This document shows positions 55,599 through 64,000 of a DNA stretch of 64,000 nt, in pieces (position 1 is the stretch's first letter; every line of letters begins with the position of its first letter). Below the pieces are notes generated by a model, which did not search any database, had not been told where the DNA came from, and saw only the letters and a list, made by a program, of their open reading frames with translations. Source of the stretch: an uncultured Candidatus Saccharibacteria bacterium (lineage in GTDB: Bacteria > Patescibacteriota > Saccharimonadia > Saccharimonadales > UBA4665); the NCBI GenBank assembly GCA_963742655.1, contig CAVUMM010000008.1, positions 311,707 to 375,706 on the forward strand, given 5' to 3'. The translations under genes and the position numbers were made by a program.

Positions 55599-57375
55599 AT
55601 GCGAGACATTTGGCGGATTATTCGATTCACTTCGAGTTTAAAACGATATTACATTTTAATAACGATTTTTACGTTGCTTCTGGCGGCGATGAGCCAGTTC
55701 GTGCCGCTTTTGACCAAAGCTGCGATCGATACCATAACTGACGGCGTTAAAAGCGGAAATCCGGAAGTAGGACGGGTCGCGTTTTATGCATTTTTGATTT
55801 TTCTAACCGATATCGGCCAGACATTCTTCAGTAATATCAGCGGCTTTTGGGGAGATATGCTTGCAATCAAGCTTAAAAAACTCATGAGCAGCCGATATTA
55901 CGAACACATCATGAAGTTGCCGCAGCGGTATTTCGACGTTGAATTGACGGGTACGATCATCAATCGGATGAACCGCGGCATTCAGGACATCGGTGATTTC
56001 GTGCAGATGTTCTCTAATAATTTTTTGCAGTTTATTTTCAGCACGATATTCACGCTCGCTATAGTCGCGCATTACGCTCCGCCGGTGGCTATAATGCTCG
56101 GCCTGTTATATCCGGTATTTATCGGGCTGACAGCCAGGACGAGTTCCAAATGGCAGCGCTACCAAAAAGAAATCAATGAAGATTTAGATATAGCAAGCGG
56201 CCGGTTCGCCGAAAGCGTGGGCCAGGTAAAAGTCGTCAAGAGCTTCATGCAGGAAGTTCGCGAGCTGAAATATTTTGATCACAAATTGCAGCATGCAGTC
56301 ACAGTTGTCGAGCCGCAAAGCAAATACTGGCACCGGCAGGACAATATTCGGCGTTGCGTGCTTGCCGTGATTTTCTTCGGGGTTTTCATGTATGTTTTTG
56401 TGGAAACGGCTCGCGGCGTATATACGATAAGTACCATGGTATTGCTTATACAATATGCGGCGCTCATCCGAATCCCGATTTTCAGTATCAGTTTCTTGGT
56501 TGACAGGACACAGCGCGCTATCGCCAACAGCAGAGATTACTTTGCTGTTATGGACGAAGTACCTGAACAGCTTGATATGCCCGGAGCTCGAAAGATTAAT
56601 GTTGCGAGCGGCAGTATAGTATTCGATAACGTTTGTTTCGCCTATGATAAGAAAAACGTTTTAAACGGTTTGAGCTTCAGTATCGCGCCAGATAGTAAGG
56701 TGGCATTAGTCGGTGAAAGCGGCGAAGGCAAAACCACGATTACAAATCTGCTTTTGCGCCTTTACGATCCGAATTCGGGTGTGATATTGATTGATGGACA
56801 AGATGTCACCCATGTTACACAAGCCAGTTTGCGTAAAAATATCGGCGTAGTATTCCAGGAGCCGGCATTGTTCAGCGGTACGGTCCGCGAAAATATCAGT
56901 TACGCTCGGCCGACCGCTAACGAAAAGGAAGTCATTGCCGCAGCTAAAGCGGCCAACGCGCATGAATTTATCAGCAAGTTCGAGAAAGGCTACGACACGG
57001 AGATAGGCGAGCGTGGCCTCAAACTCTCCGGCGGACAGAAACAACGCATCGCCATCGCCCGCGCTGCTCAAAGACGCGCCCATCCTGATACTGGACGAAG
57101 CGACGTCCAGTCTCGACAGTAAAAGCGAAAGGATGGTCCAGGAGGCTCTCGAACACCTGATGAAAGGCCGGACCACGCTCATCATCGCCCATCGTTTAAG
57201 CACCATCCAGAGCGTCGACCAGATCGTGACATTGAGAAATGGCAAAGTTGATGAAATCGGCACCCCAGCCAGTCTGGCCAAGTCGGGCGGAATTTATGCC
57301 GAACTGCTTAAGCTTCAGCAGGGCCACACAGAAGCTAACCAAAAGAAGCTGAAACAATACGAAATTGCCGGCTAG
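55599..57375 (+). pseudogene. MsbA-like ABC exporter (TMD-NBD fusion) interrupted by a 1-nt frameshift
   Basis: ORF 55599-57122 carries six TM helices, Walker A GESGEGKTT and signature [14 protein letters not shown]. Walker [13 protein letters not shown] and the H-loop IAHRL continue in the +1 frame (ORF 57013-57375). One base appears to be missing in the CGCGC run near 57060-57064. Confidence 0.8.
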
Positions 57376-57408
57376 CCAAAACGCTGTCTGTCCACGTATA
57401 ATGATGAG

Positions 57409-57849
57409 ATGCGAAAGGCAGTGCGGGTAATTGTTGTTAAAGACGATGCGTTGCTGGTGATGCATCGTAACAAATTCGGGCAGCAATACTATACGCTCGT
57501 AGGCGGCGCGATAAAACCGAATGAATCACCCTTAATGGCAATCGATCGTGAGGTTCGCGAAGAAACAAGCTTACTGGTAACCAACCCGCGATTTGTTTTT
57601 ATGGAAGAAGCCGGCGAACCATACGGCACGCAATACGTATACTTATGCGAATACACCGGGGGTGACGCTATGCTTGATCCAGATTCAGACGAAGCTAAGA
57701 TTCACGCGCTTGGAAGCAATTTATATACGCCGACTTGGCTGCCGGTCAGGGAACTACCGAATGTACCGTTTGTTTCAGGGTCGCTGCAAAATGCGATTAT
57801 TCACGGATTGCTGCACGGCTTTCCTGATAAGCCAATGCTACTAATGTAA
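57409..57849 (+). CDS. NUDIX hydrolase
   Basis: NUDIX box GGAIKPNESPLMAIDREVREETSL. Confidence 0.85.
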   Translation: MRKAVRVIVVKDDALLVMHRNKFGQQYYTLVGGAIKPNESPLMAIDREVREETSLLVTNPRFVFMEEAGEPYGTQYVYLCEYTGGDAMLDPDSDEAKIHALGSNLYTPTWLPVRELPNVPFVSGSLQNAIIHGLLHGFPDKPMLLM

Positions 57850-57873
57850 TGTCAAAGAGGAGTTCTAAAAGAG

Positions 57874-58413
57874 ATGTCAACAACCCGTAAACGTGATCGT
57901 ATCATTGCGCTCGGTATAGCACTGTTTTTCTTTGCGCTGGCTTCGGCTTTCAGCGTGCTGGTAATTGTGCAGATGGTTACGTCAAAGCATAACACACAAG
58001 ATTCTTCCACTAGCAAATCAACCACTACTCCGAAAAAGACGCTGGCGGGAACGAAGTTGACCAACTTCACGCCAGTCAGCCAAGTCAATCAACTTAAAAG
58101 TACCGACGTAAAAGTTGGCTCAGGAACTGCCGTTAAAGCAGGTGATACCGTTACGGTAATGTATACAGGTGCTGTGGCAAGCTCTGGCACAATTTTCCAG
58201 AGCACGCAAGACAGTGGGCAACCGGCATCGTTGAGCCTGAACAGTGTAATCAAGGGATGGCAGCAAGGTATTCCGGGTATGAAAGTTGGCGGATCGCGGC
58301 AGCTGCTGATACCGGCCGACGAAGCATATGGCGCCAATCCGCCGCAGGGATCCGGAATTCCGGCTAACGCGCCATTGGTATTTGATATTACACTCCTAAA
58401 AATCGGCAGCTAG
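57874..58413 (+). CDS. FKBP-type peptidyl-prolyl cis-trans isomerase, membrane-anchored
   Basis: N-terminal TM; GDTVTVMYTG, VIKGWQQGIPGMKVGGSRQLLIPADEAYG, LVFDITLLKI. Confidence 0.9.
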   Translation: MSTTRKRDRIIALGIALFFFALASAFSVLVIVQMVTSKHNTQDSSTSKSTTTPKKTLAGTKLTNFTPVSQVNQLKSTDVKVGSGTAVKAGDTVTVMYTGAVASSGTIFQSTQDSGQPASLSLNSVIKGWQQGIPGMKVGGSRQLLIPADEAYGANPPQGSGIPANAPLVFDITLLKIGS

Positions 58414-58532
58414 TGGCGTAAAAAACACAATATATAGCGTATTGCATTTTATTCAGACACCATATAAAATTAATCTTACGCTTAACCAAAACGTAAAAAC
58501 CAAAAATAAGAGCCAAAATAAGAGGGGGCAAC

Positions 58533-58781
58533 ATGGTAAAAAACATTGTAATCTTCACTACCAATACATGCGCGTACTGCGGAATGGTGAAGAAGTTTCT
58601 TGGCATGAAAGGCTTAACATACGAAATCGTCAACCTGGACGAGCAGCCCGAACGCCAAGCCGAAGCCCTCGCGCTTAGCGGCGCGCTGACAGTGCCCGTG
58701 ACAGTCGTGACAAGGCATGATGACAGCCGTGAAGTAGTGGTCGGTTACAATCTCGCCAAACTCGCGCCTGCCGTAGCGTAG
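58533..58781 (+). CDS. glutaredoxin-like protein (NrdH/YruB type)
   Basis: 82 aa; IVIFTTNTCAYCGMVKKFL with CxxC, TVPV motif; GAGGGGG RBS. Confidence 0.8.
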   Translation: MVKNIVIFTTNTCAYCGMVKKFLGMKGLTYEIVNLDEQPERQAEALALSGALTVPVTVVTRHDDSREVVVGYNLAKLAPAVA

Positions 58782-58800
58782 TTAAAATCAGCATAAGCGC

Positions 58801-60267
58801 CTAGCTGATATAGCCATAACCGGATCGCTGCCGCTCTGCGGCAACATGACTACGGTTTGTTCGTGGATCCTTTGAGATGGCTGCCAGTTTGCTGCTTGCC
58901 GGATCTGGCGATCTATGTTCCAAATCCTCAAGATGCCGTCGAATAGTGTCTGGTTTCCAGCCGAGTGACTGCATACGTAACACATAATCACCAACAGTCG
59001 GGCCGGGGACTCTGGTGAGATCGCGCCACTGGCCGGAAAGTGCTTCAATGTAAACCATTTGTTTACGCAGATTCGGTGCTTGCCGAAGCGGAATTTCGTC
59101 CGAAGCCGCAACACGCAATAAAGCCGGATCCATAGCGTACAAAATGCGCTGGAACGCGATCGGCAACTCAGTTAAATCACTGGTATCGAGTTGCGGCAAT
59201 AGTTGATCGCCGACCAACCCTTCGTAATGGTTCAGCTGCTTTGTAAGTTCGTTGGCAACATGAATTATCGTGCCAAACGGCAAATCTCGCGCGGCAGGCA
59301 CGCCTTTGACTTGGAAGCCCTTGCCTGGGCTTAGCCTCTCAAATGCTCCGATGAGTTGCTCTGCGATCACGTTGCCACCGTTAGCCTGATCCTGAACAAA
59401 ATTTAATATAGTTGACTGGATAGTTTGCAATGCTTCGCTTCCAGATGCAGGCAAACCTTTTTGGAATCCCAATGTGAAATGGCTGATCAATATTAATGCA
59501 CTTCGTGAAATATAACGTTCGCCTGTACTATGGCGCTGCCTGGTCGAATTCCTGTTTTCGCCAAAATTAGGATAGCCCAGCTCGTGCAGGCGGTCTCGGA
59601 TGCGTAAGCTGGCTACACGGTCGGCGGTGCCTTCCGCTGAAATCCTCAGAAGGGCGGCTGAAAGTTGTCTTGCGATCGTTCCGGCCAAGTCAGGTGATTC
59701 AATTGCACTCTGAATATCAAGCAAATGTACGATCGGCGGTAGCGCAAGTGATGCGATATCGTCAGGATTTGCACTGCCGTCGCTAGGGTCGGTCACGATA
59801 TCAGTTGATCGATGTATTATTTTACCGGCAACTTCCGGCGGCTTGATATTGTCTTCGGCGTGAACCGAATGTCGGTATAGATAATCAAAAACGTCAACGA
59901 GCGTAATAAAATCATCCGGGTTGATGACTTGTCCAAAAAGCTCGCCGTAAGTTCGCCAATACAGACTTTCAAATTCGCGGGCAGTGTATTCTTCCAGCAT
60001 TGCCGACTGAAATTCCTGAAAGCCCGGATAATCCGCAGGATTTGCCGACGTTATATATTTTGGATCTTGAAACGGTGAAGTGATATAACTAGGCGGTTCT
60101 GCTCCTATCCAAACTCTTTGCGTGGCAATCCCATACATGCTGTCGGGGTCTGAAAGCTGATGCCGTTTGCGGGCCGGTAATTCTGCCTCGAGTACGTGAG
60201 CAATTATCGCGTCCACAGATTCCGATACGATTAAAGCGTTTGGTGATTCAGGCATCTCTCCGGTCAT
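58801..60267 (-). CDS. large hypothetical protein, no recognisable domain
   Basis: 488-aa ORF, no TM or signal; start lies ~54 nt from the IS element's end. Confidence 0.6.
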   Translation of the reverse strand: MTGEMPESPNALIVSESVDAIIAHVLEAELPARKRHQLSDPDSMYGIATQRVWIGAEPPSYITSPFQDPKYITSANPADYPGFQEFQSAMLEEYTAREFESLYWRTYGELFGQVINPDDFITLVDVFDYLYRHSVHAEDNIKPPEVAGKIIHRSTDIVTDPSDGSANPDDIASLALPPIVHLLDIQSAIESPDLAGTIARQLSAALLRISAEGTADRVASLRIRDRLHELGYPNFGENRNSTRQRHSTGERYISRSALILISHFTLGFQKGLPASGSEALQTIQSTILNFVQDQANGGNVIAEQLIGAFERLSPGKGFQVKGVPAARDLPFGTIIHVANELTKQLNHYEGLVGDQLLPQLDTSDLTELPIAFQRILYAMDPALLRVAASDEIPLRQAPNLRKQMVYIEALSGQWRDLTRVPGPTVGDYVLRMQSLGWKPDTIRRHLEDLEHRSPDPASSKLAAISKDPRTNRSHVAAERQRSGYGYIS

Positions 60268-60306
60268 TAATATATTAAATAATAGTTATAAATAAATATA
60301 AATAGT

Positions 60307-60320
60307 AAGTTCAGCGAGAT
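60307..60320. repeat. 14-bp direct repeat AAGTTCAGCGAGAT flanking the IS (left copy)
   Basis: Identical 14-mer at 61369-61382, immediately outside the inverted repeats. Confidence 0.85.
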
Positions 60321-61368
60321 AGGTCGGGCTCCTAAACATATAGGACACTAGTGTCAAGTGTAGCATTCTCGTAGCCAGGAATACCTTGCAGGTATGCCAC
60401 GGGCGTCAGCATGCGGAGCATGCTGTGCGGCCGGTAAAAGTTGTAATCCAGACAATCCTCAACAAGGAAGGTTTGCAGCTCGGCTTTCTGGTGCGAGTTG
60501 GTAGTCAATCTCTTGTACCGGTCTTTGTCGACGCCGTGGGAGCGCTCAATCCGTCCATTGAGATGGGGACTGCGGGATGGTATCCGACCATGCTGGATGC
60601 CATGCGCTTCGAGCCAGCGCGTCACCGGCGAGACGGTCGTTGTTTTGGCCCGCGACAGTTGGTCGTAGACAAACTCCATACCATTGTCAGTCTGGATGCT
60701 CCGAAACGAGAACGCCGGAGCGAAAAAGCGGACGGCATGCTCCAGGAAGTCTACTGTGTAGGCGGGGTTAACGCCCGGGTATAGCCGCTTGTACTTAATC
60801 CGAGTGGCACAGTCGACAATGTCGTACTGGTAGGCGGCACGCTTCCAATGTTTGACGTCCAGCTGACCTTTTTCGCCGGGTGCATATGCGTAGTCGCTCA
60901 GGCGGCGTTGGACACGCCGCTTGCGCGGCTTGGGCTCGGTGACACCAGCTCTGCGCAGGACATTACCGACACCATGGCGGGACACTGTTACGCTGTAGTC
61001 TCGTGCAAGGACAACCGCTAGCTTGGCCTCGCCGTAGCCTAAACCAAGCCGGAGTTGCAGGATGAGGCTTGTCGTTGTCTCGTCCATGTCCTGCGCGTGA
61101 CTGTGGGGCGTCCGAGGCAGATCGTAGAGGCTGGTGAGCTTTTTGCCGTCCTCCAGCCACCGTTTGTGCCAGTAGTAGTATTCACTTCTTGCAATACCGT
61201 AATGCTTACAGGCTGCAGACACGCTGCCGAGTTCCTCGGCAGCTCGAAACCAGGCTAAACGGATACGGGCTCCGTATACCTGGAGCTGTTTTCCAGTCAT
61301 ATGTCGTGTTCTCACTTTCACTCCTTTCTAGTTTAGTGAAAGTGTCCAAGATGTATGGGAGCCGGATA
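60321..61368 (-). mobile_element. IS481-family insertion sequence (1048 bp)
   Basis: Single DDE transposase gene. Imperfect ~28-bp terminal inverted repeats: AGGTCGGGCTCCTAAACATATAGGACACT against the reverse complement of AGTGTCCAAGATGTATGGGAGCCGGATA. Flanked by 14-bp direct repeats. Confidence 0.8.
60332..61321 (-). CDS. IS481-family transposase (HTH plus rve/DDE integrase core)
   Basis: HYGIARSEYYYWHKRW HTH region, LDVKHW, IQTDNGMEF, RIERSH, YNFYRPHSML. GTG 61321 or ATG 61300. Confidence 0.85.
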   Translation of the reverse strand: MKVRTRHMTGKQLQVYGARIRLAWFRAAEELGSVSAACKHYGIARSEYYYWHKRWLEDGKKLTSLYDLPRTPHSHAQDMDETTTSLILQLRLGLGYGEAKLAVVLARDYSVTVSRHGVGNVLRRAGVTEPKPRKRRVQRRLSDYAYAPGEKGQLDVKHWKRAAYQYDIVDCATRIKYKRLYPGVNPAYTVDFLEHAVRFFAPAFSFRSIQTDNGMEFVYDQLSRAKTTTVSPVTRWLEAHGIQHGRIPSRSPHLNGRIERSHGVDKDRYKRLTTNSHQKAELQTFLVEDCLDYNFYRPHSMLRMLTPVAYLQGIPGYENATLDTSVLYV

Positions 61369-61382
61369 AAGTTCAGCGAGAT
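61369..61382. repeat. 14-bp direct repeat AAGTTCAGCGAGAT flanking the IS (right copy)
   Basis: Identical to 60307-60320. Confidence 0.85.
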
Positions 61383-61493
61383 TACTGCCTCGGTTAACCT
61401 CAATCCAGCCGTCCCATACGCAAATTTACGCCGCATATAGATTAAAGAGAATCGTGGTAGAATAGCGTAAGAATTTATTGAAACAGAGGGGTT

Positions 61494-62483
61494 ATGACTG
61501 AGAAAAAAGTACACGATGTGGTGATGGTAGGCGCAGGGCCGGCCGCTTTGAGTGCGGCGATTTATACGACGCGTGAGGATATTGGCACGTTATTGTTCGA
61601 GCGCGGCGTGGTTGGCGGATTGGCGGCTGTGACCGATTGGGTAGATAATTATCCGGGGTTTCCGAAAGGTATACAGGGGCTTGAACTGGCCGAAGGATTG
61701 CGCGGCCAGGCTGAAAGATTTGGAGCAGTCATTGAGTTGGGCGAAGTAACAAAGATTGTCAATGAAGGTGACGTAAAGAAGCTAGAGACTACCAGCGGCG
61801 ATATCTACGCCAAGACGATATTGGTGGCCACCGGCAGCGATTACAAAAAAATCGGCGTACCGGGCGAGCAGGAATATTACGCGCGCGGCGTGCATTACTG
61901 CGCGACCTGCGATGGCGCTTTCTATCGTGATAAGCGGCTGGTCGTGGTTGGCGGCGGCAATTCGGCGGTGCAGGAAAGCCTGTTTTTAACACGCTTTGCA
62001 AGCCATATTGACATATTGGTGCGTAGCTCTGTGAAGGCTTCTGATGTGTTGCAGCAAGACCTGGACGAAGCGGTCAAGGCCGGCAAAATTACCGTGCATC
62101 TGCAAACTTCTACCGATGAAATTGTCGGCGAAGATAACAAGGTCGTTAAGGTTACCGGCACAGACAAAACGAAAAACGCCAAAGTTGAATTTCCGACCGA
62201 TGGCGTGTTCGTGTTCGTGGGCTTAAAGCCGAATACTGAATTTTTGCAAGCCTCTGGCATCGAACTTGATCCGATAGGACTGGTCAAAACCAATGAGCAC
62301 CTGCAAACCAGCATGCCCGGTGTATTCGCGGCGGGCGATGTCCGTTCCGGCGCGACTATGCAGATTGCCACGGCTGTCGGCGAAGGCGCCACGGCTGCCC
62401 TTATCATTCGTGAATATCTCGAGGGCAAGTTGGTGCCAAAAACCGAAGCCGACGAAGAAGTAGCTCCAGTAGCGGCAGCCTAA
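61494..62483 (+). CDS. trxB: thioredoxin-disulfide reductase
   Basis: GAGPAALSAAIY, redox-active CATCDG, GGGNSAVQE, GVFAAGDV. AGAGGGG RBS; TGgTAGAAT extended -10 at 61455-61463. Confidence 0.95.
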   Translation: MTEKKVHDVVMVGAGPAALSAAIYTTREDIGTLLFERGVVGGLAAVTDWVDNYPGFPKGIQGLELAEGLRGQAERFGAVIELGEVTKIVNEGDVKKLETTSGDIYAKTILVATGSDYKKIGVPGEQEYYARGVHYCATCDGAFYRDKRLVVVGGGNSAVQESLFLTRFASHIDILVRSSVKASDVLQQDLDEAVKAGKITVHLQTSTDEIVGEDNKVVKVTGTDKTKNAKVEFPTDGVFVFVGLKPNTEFLQASGIELDPIGLVKTNEHLQTSMPGVFAAGDVRSGATMQIATAVGEGATAALIIREYLEGKLVPKTEADEEVAPVAAA

Positions 62484-62487
62484 AGTA

Positions 62488-63180
62488 TTAGTAGCCAGGG
62501 AAGTAATCAAGTAACAGTTGGCGGCGAGCAATGCCGGCAGCCAGTAAATCATTGTATAGCGGTTCGATAAAACTTTGCGGCCCGGCAAGGTAAATAAGCT
62601 TATTTTCTACTGGGCCGATGATTGCTAAAAGCCTGTTGACATCAAGCCGCCCTGTTTCGCCATGCCAATTTTTATTCGGCCGCGATAGGATGGGAAAATA
62701 TGCGAGCGGATAATCCTGAAAAAACTCGGTAAACAGAAAATCGTCAGGTGTGCTGGCGCTATAGATTAGTGTAATGTCTCTTTTTTCGCCGCGTGTTGTC
62801 AGCCATTTAATCATGCTTACATACGGAGTGCTGCCGATTCCGGCTGCCACGAAAACGAGCGGTATGGACATGTCTTTTGGCAGCACGAAATCTCCCATCG
62901 GCGTCGCAAAACTGACCGCATCGCCGATTACCAGCCGCCTTAACGCTCGTTTGAATGAGCTTCCATTAGCCGCAAAATTTATCGTGAGTTCGATATAAGG
63001 CTCGTCAGGCGTGCTGGTGATGGAAAACTCACGGCTGTCACCTCTTTCGTCAACATCCGGATGTGGAATATGAATCTCGACGAATTGCCCAGGCTCAAAC
63101 CATAGCGGTTGTTCCGGCTTGAACTTGAATACCGAGATATTCGATGCCAACTTCTCGATACCGACAAGCACTGCCCGCAT
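62488..63180 (-). CDS. ferredoxin-NADP reductase-like FAD/NAD(P)-binding oxidoreductase
   Basis: 230 aa; FAD-binding REFSITS (RxYS type), NAD-binding LVFVAAGIGSTP. Confidence 0.75.
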   Translation of the reverse strand: MRAVLVGIEKLASNISVFKFKPEQPLWFEPGQFVEIHIPHPDVDERGDSREFSITSTPDEPYIELTINFAANGSSFKRALRRLVIGDAVSFATPMGDFVLPKDMSIPLVFVAAGIGSTPYVSMIKWLTTRGEKRDITLIYSASTPDDFLFTEFFQDYPLAYFPILSRPNKNWHGETGRLDVNRLLAIIGPVENKLIYLAGPQSFIEPLYNDLLAAGIARRQLLLDYFPGY

Positions 63181-63246
63181 TTAATTTCCCCTTCCCATGG
63201 AATTTCAGTATAACTTATCTGGTTTTGATTTCACCAACCTGGAGGT

Positions 63247-63957
63247 TCAGGTTCCTTTACGCCATTTCGCAGACACGAATATTTCCGGGTGCCTGGTGCA
63301 GAAATGCAGATCCGGATAGAGCTTTCGAAGAAACGGCGCACTATAATTCATAATTCTTTCGGCTAATTTTCCGTTATAAACGTACACGTACACTTCCAGA
63401 TTGTAATGTTTTGCCAAGTAATAGGTAAGCGGATTCAATAACCAGAAATTTATGCCGATACCGGTAGCCTGGATATGATGAGCCGTCTGCACGATGTCGA
63501 TGGGTGCAAGATATTCAAGCGCGTAGATAGGTATATTTGGCAAAACTCGCCGGACTTGACGAAGTTCATCAGGGATAAATGATGCCACACTGGCGTTGGT
63601 TTGCGGGTGACGGCCCAGAACCAACAGTAATTCATCAACGCAGCCACGCTCTTTGATTTCTATTATAACCGGTACATTACCTATCGTATCGAGAGCTTGA
63701 TCAAGGCTCAGAAATTTTTCGCCATTGTTGAGCTCGATGGCCTGCAACTCGGCGAGCGTTTTTTCGCTTACTTTTACATGATTGGCGGCAACTCGGCCTG
63801 TCGTGGGATCGTGGACGACCACTAGTTTGTCGTCTGCTGTCAGATGCACGTCAATTTCGATAATATCAACGCCGTGCTTTATTGCAGCAAGCAGACTGGC
63901 TTGGCTGTTTTCGAGTTCGAGCCCGGCTGCACCGCGGTGCCCGATTATTTTCGTCAT
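63247..63957 (-). CDS. glycerophosphodiester phosphodiesterase family protein
   Basis: IIGHRGAAGLELENS, IIEIDVHLTADDKLVVVHD, IEIK motifs. Confidence 0.85.
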   Translation of the reverse strand: MTKIIGHRGAAGLELENSQASLLAAIKHGVDIIEIDVHLTADDKLVVVHDPTTGRVAANHVKVSEKTLAELQAIELNNGEKFLSLDQALDTIGNVPVIIEIKERGCVDELLLVLGRHPQTNASVASFIPDELRQVRRVLPNIPIYALEYLAPIDIVQTAHHIQATGIGINFWLLNPLTYYLAKHYNLEVYVYVYNGKLAERIMNYSAPFLRKLYPDLHFCTRHPEIFVSAKWRKGT

Positions 63958-64000
63958 CTTGCGTATAAGTGTACACCAGGAAAAGAGTTTTTACATTTTC

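Noticed and set aside
57013-57122. Apparent overlap of two separate ABC genes
   Set aside because: The two ORFs are consecutive parts of one NBD (signature motif, then Walker B). The overlap is the consequence of a single frameshift, not two genes.

Overview
Dense, mostly ordinary chromosomal DNA (about 50% GC, many 4-8 nt ATGA-type gene overlaps) from a small-genome bacterium. Gene content suggests a Candidate Phyla Radiation / Saccharibacteria-like lineage, but that is inference only and no search was run. All family calls come from motifs read by eye in the ORF track. Housekeeping genes: metK behind a SAM-riboswitch-like leader, pheS and pheT, guaB and guaA, trxB, rarA, rmuC, maf, yajQ, an FKBP isomerase, a NUDIX hydrolase, a glutaredoxin-like protein, an L,D-transpeptidase, a GDPD phosphodiesterase, an ABC-2 transporter and a histidine kinase with a receiver-only regulator. 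About one third of the window (8.5-30.9 kb) encodes cell-surface structures. First comes a type IV pilus operon on the minus strand: pilB, pilC, four pseudopilins (one fused to an LVIVD beta-propeller), and three tandem pilin paralogues. Next come an orphan CheY-like regulator and a PKD-domain membrane protein. Then a four-gene module at 20084-24349: two secreted proteins sharing a C-terminal domain, plus two membrane-anchored Ig-like paralogues. It resembles the Firmicute WxL/Csc surface-complex loci and is my best candidate for an undescribed system. It is followed by a Crp/Fnr regulator with a palindrome placed where a class II activator would bind, and two giant fibre-like surface proteins, one holding a 2 x 504-nt tandem repeat. 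Other notable points: pheS and pheT are split by four translationally coupled small genes with an 18-nt junction duplication; an MsbA-like ABC exporter carries a 1-nt frameshift; an intact IS481-like element has 14-bp direct repeats; guaB lacks the CBS domain and looks leaderless; three large orphan proteins have no recognisable domains. No rRNA, tRNA or CRISPR array was recognised.
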